From: a virus
Strand: one strand, 5' to 3'
DNA length: 59,139 nt
Virus record (IMG/VR): IMGVR_UViG_3300043580_000025
Shown in pieces: positions 8,313-18,500 of the stretch (the stretch's first letter is position 1; each line of letters opens with the position of its first letter). Under the pieces are notes generated by a model. That model did no database searches. It was not told where the DNA came from and was given only the letters and a program-made list of their open reading frames with translations. Both the position numbers and the translations under genes were made by a program.

Positions 8313-11300
8313 TAGATCAACACCTTTATTGTGACCTGGGACGACAGCCAGTTTACAGCGACCGAAATGACTTGTCCCGTCTTGCCTGCGGACAAACCAA
8401 ACCGACGATGAAAGACAGTCATCGGCGCACCCACTGGCGTGAACATCAAATTAGCAAATCCAACGAACTCATAAACATGCCGCTGTGAAGAACGTAGATT
8501 CACTCGACGACCGCATTCGGTCAAAGCACTCTGTCTATCCAACAACAGCGAGTTCTCTTGTTCCGGTTGTCCCGGTATGCCGTACTTCGAGCGCATAAGT
8601 TGCTCGTCGATGGCAATCGTGAGCCACTCCCGCGCATACATCGACTTATGATCTTCAGGGACACCCTGTGCAGTGTCTTCTTGCACCGTCCAGTTCTTGC
8701 AATAGCCCAGGACGCCACCGGGCACCAATGGCAGACGATCCGCGATATGCATCGAGCCCAATACCATGTCCGACTCAGTAACGACGATGGGCGCTGCGGC
8801 AGCGGTGCTGGCGCTTTCGACCTTCACACCCGTCACGAACATCCACGAATCAACATTGCCGGGTTTGGTATCCCACTTGCGCAGCATCACGCGAATATAG
8901 TACGTGTTCGATCTCGTTATTGCCGTGTCAGTGACTCGCGTATAGAGACTATAGTCCGTTGGATAAGGCCCGCCTTGTCCCTGTGCATCGTTAGACGCAG
9001 AAGCGGCCAAAGGTGACGAGCCAAGCAACGTGCCGTTCTGTGTGTATTCCCAGAAGCAAACTTCAACCCGGCATCTGTGCGCGCCTGTATATGCACTCAC
9101 GGTGTATTGCTTACCGGGCTCGACGATAATTGGAGCACTCGCGTACTCATAATAGTAGGCTGGATTTGTCGGGCCAGAGGCCTGATGCGAGAAGAACACA
9201 AACTGACCCGGTATATTCCAAACGCCAGCACCGTTAAGATTGATGGATGTCGCAAATGGAAAAGCAGGATCAGGCACGATGCCGCCATTGGTGCCGCTAT
9301 AGGACCAACCATCTGTCCCAGAAGTGAAGTCGCCGTTATAGACAAGTGTTCTCGATTCCGTTGATGGCGGCAGTTGCAGCTTCACGAGTTGCGCCTTGCC
9401 AAGCGCAGTCATCGTCAGACGCGCACCAATCGACGAAGCGATTGTTTGACATGCTTCGAGCACAGTCATACGCTCTGTCGTATATAAGCCGACCGGATAT
9501 TTGTTGGCAATATCAAATGCTGTGAAGTTGTCGGTATCAATATCTGCCGACGTGAAACGGTTCACCGCCTCTGTGCCGTGCTCCATCATCAAACGCCTGA
9601 TGATAGGAGCCACGGTGTTCACGTAGCCAGTGCCAGGATGCCCACCGCCAAGTTTGTCGCCCTGCAAGCTGCAAGTGATCCGGCCATACGGCTGCTTCGA
9701 CAACTTGAACGACATCGGCGCACCCGTCATGAATATGTAATCGACAGGGATGCCGTTATCGCGAACCTCGAACACGCCTTCGGCTGCGTGGTTGTGATAC
9801 GCGTAATAGAGCTGTTTCGGATCGGTCAACACCGGCGTGACGTTATGACATTCACCAACCGAGAACGGCAAGAGCCGATCAGCGTTGGTTGTGGTGCCGC
9901 CCACTTTGTCTTCGTGCAATGGTATGTCGAGCCGGAAGAACTTATCGCGCAAGCGCACGTTCACGGTGTCGCGCTGGCTGCTGTCAACGTCTTCAATATT
10001 GCCGTCGAATATTTGCCTGAAGTCCCTGCGCGGCCAAGACGCATCACCGACATAGGCTTTGAATTCTTTGTACAGCCAAATGCGGTCGAACATCCAATCA
10101 AGGTCGCCGGTGGAATTGTCTAGCTCGATATCACCATACGATTGATTGCCGCTTAAATTGAGGTCGATGGTTTGTGCAAACTCAAGCCCGCCGCGCATCA
10201 GCGGTGAATAATAAACAGACGCGCCATCTTCAATCTTTGTGACGAAGCCGGACGACGCAAAGTAGACAAGCTCCGTGTTGCTGGTGATCGGCTCTACGCA
10301 TCGTGTCTCGATCAACACGACACGAACTGCGCGCTCGTCTTCCAGCCACGTCGCAAACTGCGCATCACTAATCGGCGCTCGCGGCGTGTACGTCGGGTAG
10401 ACTATCGGCGGCTTAACGATGCTTGGGACAAAGTCAAACGCAGGCCAAGGCACGCACTCCAGAAGATACCGTGCCGCGCCTGCTTGCGAGACGTAGCCAT
10501 AGCGATGCGCAGTCTGCGCCGTCGTGGATAGGCTATAGGTTGCGGGCAGCGCTGTCGATGTCTGCTTGCCTGGGATGTACGAGACCGTGTCCGGCGCTGA
10601 GAGGCTAAATGTCCGCGACAGCGCAACGGAGAACGTGACGCGGCCGGACCATGCATCCGGCGTCGTCGCGTAATAGCTTGTCCCAGACGCTATCGAATTC
10701 TTTGACGGGACGGCGGTCGTCCCAACCGTCACCGTCGCAGCGTACGTCGTGCTCGCGGCAACCGAGTTTGTGTTGGCACCGCTGACGGCCACCTGCCCGG
10801 TGGTCTTGAAGCTAAACGACGACGCGTCGCTGATGACCCGCGTGTTGATGACCGAAGTCGTCGTCGGCGTGGAGACAATGAACTCCACCGGCAGCGCCAT
10901 CGAGAGCCGCGCGAAGCTGGTTGTCGTCGTTGCTGGCAGGCTAACACCGGCAAACGGCAATGACGACGCAACCGACGAACGATCCGCATAGCCGTATGCA
11001 TCGCGCGCATTCGACGCGTAGGTTGCCTTCGCTGCATCACTTGGCGTGATCAGCGTAAAGCCAGCCGTCACGTCCTTTGCGGTGTAGCCGTAGGTCGCTC
11101 CAGTTGCATCCGAAGCGACGACGCGAATCTGACCACTTGTTGCCGATGCACCCGACCACCCGTACGAGCGACTGCCTGCATTGGTAACAAGATTGAGCGA
11201 CGCATAAGCATCGATCAATCGGAGAAGGAACGATGTCGAATCTGCGCTTGACGGAATGATGCGGCCAAGCGCCACCGTCGTCGACTGCGGCGAGAAGTCG

Positions 11301-14300
11301 TAAAGGACATTGAGCGCAATCGATGTCCGGCTTAGCGACGTCGCTGCGCCGGACCAGCCATAGGAAGCGGGCAACGCGTTAGTGACGCGTGCCTGATATG
11401 CATAGGCGTTGATCGCGTTAAGGTTGAACGATGCAGACGAGGCATCGGACGCGTAGACGAACCCTTGTCCTTCAAATGTGTTCTGCGGTGAATAACTGTA
11501 CGTTGCGTTCAGCGCAACAGAGCTTCTGCTTAGCGATGCCGATGCCGATGCGCCTGACCAACCATAGGAGGCAGCAGGCAACGTGCTAACGACGCGGTCT
11601 TGATAAGCGTATGCACTCGCTGCGTTTGTACTGAACGACGTTGACGAGGCAACGGACGTATAGACTAACCCTAGCGATTCCGTTGTGTTCTTTGCGTCGA
11701 CTGTATAGGTCGCGGGCAAAGCAACCGACACTTGCGAGATCGGCTGAACAAAGATCGTGTTCGTCGTCGGCGCATAATTGCCGCTGTACCCAATCGCTAC
11801 GGTCGACGAAATGAGCGCAACAAAATCGGCGGTGACCGTCGCCGGTGTGTATGCATAACCGGCCGCATTCGCCGTCGATGGGATGATGCGGCCAATCGAG
11901 ACGGTCGTCGTTGCTGTCGGGCTATAGGCATAGCTGGCAAGCGCGGCAGTCGTGGCAACACCGGCGCTGGCCTGGGAAACGCCTTGCGAGAATGCCCCAG
12001 GCTGGCCGTTCGAGACCCTGCCAATGCTGCCATAGCCTAGTGCCCCGCCAAGCGCCCACGAGCCCGCGCCTGCGTTGCTAAGCCCAGCAATGGTCGACGT
12101 GGCCGCAGCCAGCCCCATCAGCGGGTAGGTCAGCGCCTGGGCGACGCTGAAGGCCTGGACGCTCGACGCCGTCGTTGCCGTTGCCGCCTGGGCGTACGTC
12201 GCTGGCGACGCTTCCGATGGCACGTCGACGCGCCCGAGCGTGTAGGCGCTGGTCGCATCGGCTTCAGCAAGATCGTAGGTTGCCGGATCTGCCGTCGACG
12301 TGATCGTCTGCTTCAGCCCGGTGTAGTATTGCAGTTTGTACGGCGAGACGATGCGCGAGTTGCGCGCATTCATCCACATGCGCTGCAAGTAAAGCCCGCC
12401 TGTTGTCGTCTGCTGACCCGCGCCCCAGATCTCGACGACAAGTATGTCATTATCGAGAACGTTTGCCGACGCGCCTGCGAAGCGTTGCTCTAGTCGTGGA
12501 TCATCATTCGGCGCACGCCACTCGATGCCAGCTTGCGCCGCTGGATCGGAAAATATCTGTTTGACGACCGTGCCCGTCGATGGCCGATACACATAGATGA
12601 CCGGCCAGAAATACGAATGCGAGTTGACGCTGCCCGCGCCGATAGAGACTTCATATTCCCAGACCTGCGCGGGAATCGTTTGCGCTGCAAGCGGCAGCGA
12701 AGAGAACCGGCCAATGTAGTACGACTGCGGTGCAGCTAGGTTGTTCTTCGCAGCGACACTCAACGCAGTCTGCGGTGGCGTCACGTCGTTAGGCGCAACC
12801 TCCGACCATAGATACTCGTTCGCGATTGTCGTCGCACTGCCTGTCACCGCAAACGGCAGGTTCGACGGCGCATTCTTTCCGGCACTCGGCGCTGTGCCCG
12901 CTATGAACGAAGTAAACCACAGCGGCGAGTGCGGCAAGTACAGAACTTTGTACTGCGAATAGATCGGTGATGTCTTGTCCGTGATCCGCCATGTCTGCGT
13001 GTTCGCTGCGGCTGTCGTGTGCTGAGCAACTGCCCAGGCTTCGACGACCAGCATGTCGCCGTCTTGCACCGTGACCGCTGCACCGGCCATGTTGCGCGTT
13101 GCCGTGGCAGGCGTCGCGGGCCATTCATTCGTGCCGACATACGAGCCATCAAAGATGTGCCCGACAACCGTGCCCGTCGACGGACGCCACACATACATGA
13201 CCGGCGCGAAGAACGTCTTTGATGCAGTCGTGCCCTCGCCAACAATCGCTGCATAATTCCAATTCTGCGCCTGGATGGTTTGCGCAGCGAGTGGACGCGA
13301 CACGAACCGGCCGAAGTAGAACGACTGCGGTGTCGTGTTCGCAAATGACGAGATCGTGCGGTTGACGACGTTGCCGGTGCCGCCCCACCAATCATGCAGC
13401 ACACCGTCGATACCGGCATTCGCTGCGTCCTTATGCTGACCGCGCGGCAGATAGGTGACGTTCGCGTATCGCCCGCCGGTGATCGTGATGTTCGATGCAT
13501 CACCGATGCAATAGAAGGTGGTGACGCCGCTGAAGTACGGCTCGCCTGATGCCGCTAATAACGCAAACGTCGCCAGCGACGCAGCACTGGTGACGTTTAC
13601 GCTCGACGTTGCAGGGAAGGAACCGGTCTGCGTTGCGAAGCTGGCCGCATCCGCAATGCTTGCGTAGACACGCGTTACCGATGATGTCGCATTAGCCGCA
13701 GCCGTCGCATAAGATGCCGCTGGGGTCGGTACGCTGTACGCTTGAAAAACATCCGTTGTCGGTGTTGTCGTCGATACCGAATAGGATGCAGCCGACGCGA
13801 TGCTTGAGATATTGACAACACCGATCTGAATTGTCGATGTCGCGTCGCCCATCACCATCGGGGCAAAGTTCAGCGGTCCAGCCCTGATCTCGATGTTGTC
13901 CGATGCGCTCTTCACCGACGCCGCATACGTTGCCGCAGGCGATGGGACGCTGTTGGTGATCCTCAGCACCGTCGCCGTCGTGTTCGTTGACGGCGTGTAC
14001 GAATAGCTGGCCGCATTCGCGACGCTACTGGTCAACACCGGCGCACGCCCCACGGTCGATGTCGCATCGGCACCGAGCATTGGCGAGAAGAGCAAGCCTG
14101 ACGCAACGCTACTGAGCACAGCGACGTCTGTCGCCGCGCCCATTCCCATCGGCGGATAGGTCAACGGGTCCGCGACGCTAATCGTCTGCGCGCCAGTAGG
14201 TGCCGCTGTGCCCCACGTCAGCGCATTCGTGAAGTTGATCCACGAGCTAACTGTATTGATGCCGATAGAGCGTGGGCACGCGCCGGACATATCCTGATAT

Positions 14301-14899
14301 GGATAGACATTGCCCCACATCTCGACGACAAGCACGTCGCCGTTTTCGCAAGTGACAGGACTCGATAACGAGTTCGCTGCTGTTAAACCAGTAAACGCCG
14401 TCGTCGCCGTTGCATTGAGCGAGAAGAAGTCGAACTCATTGACGACGTTGCCAGAAGCAAACCACTCGACGTTCTTGTTCGCTGTCGGTCCCAGGTTGTT
14501 GCGGCCATCCCAGATATAGCCGACAACCTGTTGCGTATTTGGACGCCAGATATAAATGACAGGACAAGCGTGCGTCGCCCCCGAACCGCTCGTCTGACCG
14601 GCCCAGAATGTGACCGTCAATTCCTGCTGCGGAATAGTTTGCGCAGCAAGATAGGGTGAACTGAATCGGGAGAAATAGAATGACTGCGCCTTCGTTGCGT
14701 CGTCGGTGTCATTCGGCGCAGTGATAACAACCTGCGTGCCGCCCTTAGCCGTTGTCGTGATGGCTTTCTCAACACTGGCGGCTGCGGCTTCAAAGTATTT
14801 AGCAGGCGCAGCACGCGGCAGGTTCGGGTGCTTCGACCCGCCTGTCGGTGGCGCTACAGGTACACCGTCACCGAAGAAGAGTTTGAACGTGAGTGCCAT
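8312..14899 (-). CDS. giant tail-tip / host-specificity protein (2195 aa) with about 1500-aa repeated N-terminal extension and CBM-like insert
   Basis: Uninterrupted 6.6-kb ORF after the tape measure; C-terminal about 680 aa resemble central tail fibre proteins; NGDFTSGTDGW CBM-type motif; three paralogous modules. Confidence 0.9.
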   Translation of the reverse strand: MALTFKLFFGDGVPVAPPTGGSKHPNLPRAAPAKYFEAAAASVEKAITTTAKGGTQVVITAPNDTDDATKAQSFYFSRFSSPYLAAQTIPQQELTVTFWAGQTSGSGATHACPVIYIWRPNTQQVVGYIWDGRNNLGPTANKNVEWFASGNVVNEFDFFSLNATATTAFTGLTAANSLSSPVTCENGDVLVVEMWGNVYPYQDMSGACPRSIGINTVSSWINFTNALTWGTAAPTGAQTISVADPLTYPPMGMGAATDVAVLSSVASGLLFSPMLGADATSTVGRAPVLTSSVANAASYSYTPSTNTTATVLRITNSVPSPAATYAASVKSASDNIEIRAGPLNFAPMVMGDATSTIQIGVVNISSIASAASYSVSTTTPTTDVFQAYSVPTPAASYATAAANATSSVTRVYASIADAASFATQTGSFPATSSVNVTSAASLATFALLAASGEPYFSGVTTFYCIGDASNITITGGRYANVTYLPRGQHKDAANAGIDGVLHDWWGGTGNVVNRTISSFANTTPQSFYFGRFVSRPLAAQTIQAQNWNYAAIVGEGTTASKTFFAPVMYVWRPSTGTVVGHIFDGSYVGTNEWPATPATATRNMAGAAVTVQDGDMLVVEAWAVAQHTTAAANTQTWRITDKTSPIYSQYKVLYLPHSPLWFTSFIAGTAPSAGKNAPSNLPFAVTGSATTIANEYLWSEVAPNDVTPPQTALSVAAKNNLAAPQSYYIGRFSSLPLAAQTIPAQVWEYEVSIGAGSVNSHSYFWPVIYVYRPSTGTVVKQIFSDPAAQAGIEWRAPNDDPRLEQRFAGASANVLDNDILVVEIWGAGQQTTTGGLYLQRMWMNARNSRIVSPYKLQYYTGLKQTITSTADPATYDLAEADATSAYTLGRVDVPSEASPATYAQAATATTASSVQAFSVAQALTYPLMGLAAATSTIAGLSNAGAGSWALGGALGYGSIGRVSNGQPGAFSQGVSQASAGVATTAALASYAYSPTATTTVSIGRIIPSTANAAGYAYTPATVTADFVALISSTVAIGYSGNYAPTTNTIFVQPISQVSVALPATYTVDAKNTTESLGLVYTSVASSTSFSTNAASAYAYQDRVVSTLPAASYGWSGASASASLSRSSVALNATYSYSPQNTFEGQGFVYASDASSASFNLNAINAYAYQARVTNALPASYGWSGAATSLSRTSIALNVLYDFSPQSTTVALGRIIPSSADSTSFLLRLIDAYASLNLVTNAGSRSYGWSGASATSGQIRVVASDATGATYGYTAKDVTAGFTLITPSDAAKATYASNARDAYGYADRSSVASSLPFAGVSLPATTTTSFARLSMALPVEFIVSTPTTTSVINTRVISDASSFSFKTTGQVAVSGANTNSVAASTTYAATVTVGTTAVPSKNSIASGTSYYATTPDAWSGRVTFSVALSRTFSLSAPDTVSYIPGKQTSTALPATYSLSTTAQTAHRYGYVSQAGAARYLLECVPWPAFDFVPSIVKPPIVYPTYTPRAPISDAQFATWLEDERAVRVVLIETRCVEPITSNTELVYFASSGFVTKIEDGASVYYSPLMRGGLEFAQTIDLNLSGNQSYGDIELDNSTGDLDWMFDRIWLYKEFKAYVGDASWPRRDFRQIFDGNIEDVDSSQRDTVNVRLRDKFFRLDIPLHEDKVGGTTTNADRLLPFSVGECHNVTPVLTDPKQLYYAYHNHAAEGVFEVRDNGIPVDYIFMTGAPMSFKLSKQPYGRITCSLQGDKLGGGHPGTGYVNTVAPIIRRLMMEHGTEAVNRFTSADIDTDNFTAFDIANKYPVGLYTTERMTVLEACQTIASSIGARLTMTALGKAQLVKLQLPPSTESRTLVYNGDFTSGTDGWSYSGTNGGIVPDPAFPFATSINLNGAGVWNIPGQFVFFSHQASGPTNPAYYYEYASAPIIVEPGKQYTVSAYTGAHRCRVEVCFWEYTQNGTLLGSSPLAASASNDAQGQGGPYPTDYSLYTRVTDTAITRSNTYYIRVMLRKWDTKPGNVDSWMFVTGVKVESASTAAAAPIVVTESDMVLGSMHIADRLPLVPGGVLGYCKNWTVQEDTAQGVPEDHKSMYAREWLTIAIDEQLMRSKYGIPGQPEQENSLLLDRQSALTECGRRVNLRSSQRHVYEFVGFANLMFTPVGAPMTVFHRRFGLSAGKTGQVISVAVNWLSSQVTIKVLI

Positions 14900-15123
14900 T
14901 AGAGATACTCGCCGCTCAGCGTGCAGCTAGGGAACTTGCTGATCGTGGGCATGACCGGGCAATCGAGTACCGGCTTGGGATTCGTCATCCCTGCCCAGCA
15001 TTCACCGCACTGACAGCACACGCCGTCGATGCGCCATCTAACGCCGTTCTCAACGTTGCGATAGATGACGCTCGTCGGCGCGCGCGACTCGATGAACACC
15101 GCCGCGACGCAAGTTGCTTCCAC
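14899..15123 (-). CDS. small Cys-rich protein
   Basis: 74 aa, 8 Cys incl. CCQCGEC; TAATG overlap with giant gene. Confidence 0.55.
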   Translation of the reverse strand: MEATCVAAVFIESRAPTSVIYRNVENGVRWRIDGVCCQCGECWAGMTNPKPVLDCPVMPTISKFPSCTLSGEYL

Positions 15124-15127
15124 GACT

Positions 15128-15571
15128 TTAAGCGTCGGTGAAGATCACGCCTGGGGATGCGTTGCTGAACTTCACAGTGAATGAGTCACCGTCATTCAGG
15201 GTCACGTTCGAGCCATGATCCCACCACATGACAAGAGCATCGACCGGAGCCGACGCAGTGTCGTTGTATAGCCCGTAGTAGCGGAACGGACCAATCGCCG
15301 CGCCCGCCGCCGTGATGACAACTTGCGCGCCTTTCACCTCCATTGTGCCTGCGGGATTTTCCGCGTTGGTCACAGTGACGGTTGCGCCGCCGCCAGCACC
15401 GCCCGTATAGCCGGTGCCTGACGTAGCGAGTTGCGCGGCTTGCGAAAGCATCGTGTGCGTGGCAACAGGCAACGTCGCAGACAGGAACAGTTTGAACACA
15501 TGCGACTGCCAGTTATGCACGCCTTTATTCTTTTGAATGACGTAGTCGTTGTACTTGTTTGCTGTAGGCAT
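15128..15571 (-). CDS. tail protein (distal tail candidate)
   Basis: 147-aa ORF directly after tape measure; AAGGAG SD. Confidence 0.7.
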   Translation of the reverse strand: MPTANKYNDYVIQKNKGVHNWQSHVFKLFLSATLPVATHTMLSQAAQLATSGTGYTGGAGGGATVTVTNAENPAGTMEVKGAQVVITAAGAAIGPFRYYGLYNDTASAPVDALVMWWDHGSNVTLNDGDSFTVKFSNASPGVIFTDA

Positions 15572-15585
15572 TTGAGTGAACTCCT

Positions 15586-18500
15586 TTAGGCCAGTACAGG
15601 CCGTGAACGAGATTGATAGACGCGCTGGCGCGCGGCCCGAATAGTTGCTTCGCTTTGCACTTGCGCTGCTTGCGCAGCCGCTGTGAACGTCGCACCGATA
15701 GTGTTGCCTGCATCCTGCCGATTCTCTTTGCGCAGTGATGCGACCTCTTGACGCAGCGCACGCAACTCCCCTGAGAAGTCCGGCAGACCGCGAACGAAGT
15801 TCGACTCCTGTGCAGGCAAGACCAATTCATCTTTGTGAAGCAACGCAGGATAATTGTTGAACGGAACCCGCGACAGACCTTCGGCGTGCGGATAGCCCAG
15901 CGTATAAAGATCAGTGCGCGCGGACAGGAACTGAGTCAAGGCTGTATAAACATCAATGAGATGATTATCGATGTTCACGAGATAGCCGACCGACAACTCG
16001 AGGTTCTTCAACGATGCCTCTGCATAGTTCTGCCGTATCTTTGTCTCAGCCGCCGCGCCTTCCATTTCCTTCGTGATCTGGTTAAACAACTCGGTGTAGC
16101 CTTCGCCTGAGCCGTAGTAATCCCTGCCGCCTTGCAGCAAGGCCCGCGCAGCCTCTTGCATACGCGATACGTCTTCAGCTTGGTATCCACCTGCCTCCGC
16201 TTTGTTGCGTGCCGAACCGTATTGATTCTGAAGCTCCCACATCCTTGCACTTGGATCGAGCGTCGTCAGGGTCTCGTCGACCTTCAACGAAGCATTGAAG
16301 TCCAAGAACGATTGCGTGGCGGACTTCATCGCGTCACGCGTCTCGATCAAGGTACTCTTGTGACGCTCATAAGCATCGCGCAAAGTATCAAACGCTTTGT
16401 CGTACCTTTCCTGTGCCTTGATAGCACCGTCCGTCGACTCTTTGAGTTCAGCGAACGCGCCAGCAACTTTCATCAGCGCAATATAACGCTGTCTGTCCCC
16501 CTCGACTTCGAGGTTAAGACCTTCAACGATCTCACGAAAACGCGCAGGCGTATAACTACGCAAAATTGCTTCTGAAAAGCCTGTCCACCCACTACCCGAT
16601 TCATTGAGTTGCACGGCCATCTGTTGATAAGCCAAAGACTCGCGCTCTTTGTCGGTGTAGAACTTCTCTTGATACGTCGCAACACCGGACGCCAAACTAT
16701 CGACACCGCCAGCAAGCAGGACGAGCTTCTTCGCTGCGTCTTCCGATATCTTGCCCAGGTAGGATGTCTTCAGACCCATCGCCTGCACGTGCGCTTGCAG
16801 ACCAGCAAGCGAATCGGTGCTTGACCGCGCGGCTGTGTCGAGCTTGGCAAAGGCATCGCTTGCAGCAAGCATTGACGCGTATTGACGTTGCCCTAGTTCT
16901 GTCGTGAGATCAATCGCTTCAACTTGCTTGCGAAACCATTCCTTGTCATAGGAACGAAGAATCTCTTCCGACCATCCTTGCCACCCCGAGCCAGCAGCGT
17001 TAAGTTGATTCGCCAACTGCTGATAACCGATGCTTAATTGCTCTGCCTCGCTGTAGTAGTTGGCGATGTAACTCGACATGTTCGACGACAACTGTTCAAC
17101 ACCGCCGGAGAGTTCTGCGAGCGCAACTGCGGCTTCAAGCGAGATGCCCTGAAGCTCTTTCATGTTGCCGCCCATCGCTTGCATTGCTTTCCAGTATTGT
17201 CCGACAGCCGCGACTTGCTCGAATGCCCCGAGCTTCGCTTGATCCGTCATGCCCACAGTGATCTTGTCAAAGTAGGCAAGCATCTGCGGCTCCATGCCAG
17301 AGTTGCGCAACGCTTCGACCATCACCGTTGCCGATCCTTCGGCCAACGCCTTCGCCAATTCTTCCGGTGTGCGTCCGGCTTCTCTGTTCACCGACTCGCT
17401 GACCTCGCTGCGAATGTGCACCATCGACGGCGCTGTGCCAGCCGGGTCCATCGAGTAGCCAACGCCGAATTGCATATTCTGATTCGACGATCCAAGCAAC
17501 GTCGCCATGCGCCGATACTGAGAGTTCAAATCCGACACCGCACGTGCGGCGTTGGTGTCCATCTGATTACCGTATGCGCCGATCAACGTGCCACTATCCA
17601 AGCCGAACGAGCCTTCGACCTTTGGCCCGCCTTTGTGCTTGCCCCACTTCTTGTACGCTGCATAAGCGGCAATCGCCGCGAGCGCGACCCACCCGGCAAC
17701 CGGCACCGCAGCGAGCGCAGCACTCGCGCCCGCACCGGCACCACCGGCTGCACCGGCACCGGCTGCACCGGCCAGGGTGCCGCCTTCCGCAGCCATGATG
17801 CCCGTCGAGGCCATGTAGCCCTCAAAGGCCGCGCCAGCCGCCCCGCTGGTCGACATGATGGGTCCGGCCGCGCCCACCCCTGACAACGCCAAGCCGCCGC
17901 CTGTAGCCCCGGCGTAGCCCGCCGCAATATTGCCCACCGCGCCACCGACCCCTGCGCCGCCCGCCATCCCTGACAAGCCCATGCCGCTGCTGTAGGCGTT
18001 GTACATCCCGTACATGCTTGTCGCGTTGCCCATGTTGATGCCGCCACCGCCAGCACCGCCGCCGCTACCGCCGCCAGAAAATGCGGCCATGACTGTCGGA
18101 CGAAGAATCATCGTCCTGAATAGATTCTTGATGTAGTCGGATGCAGAGCGACCGCCTTGCATGAGTTGATCGGCAAACGATTGTCCGACCTGCTCCCAGG
18201 CTTTGTCGTATTCCTTCTTCGCTTCATCCGCTAACTTCTTATGCGCCTCAAGCAACTCTGTGCCCTTCAACGCATTCACGACTCTTTGTTGATCCGAAAT
18301 TTGCTGCTGATAAAAGGCACGGCTAACCGGATCGGCCTTGACCATCTCAAGCGTATCTTTCAATCGCAGCAACGTCGTCTCGGCAATCTCGCTCTTCAGC
18401 TTGCCGAAGTTTTTGAGTTCTGTTTCTGCCGCCGTCGCCGCTTCTGCTGATGCCTTTAGCGTAGCGGCATCATCTGTTGCCGCCTTGTCGATCATCTTTT

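Noticed and set aside
8312-14899. Diversity-generating retroelement (variable or template repeats) acting on tail genes
   Set aside because: There is no reverse transcriptase ORF anywhere in the window. The internal repeats of the giant gene are diverged protein-module duplications, not a near-identical TR/VR pair with adenine-specific differences.
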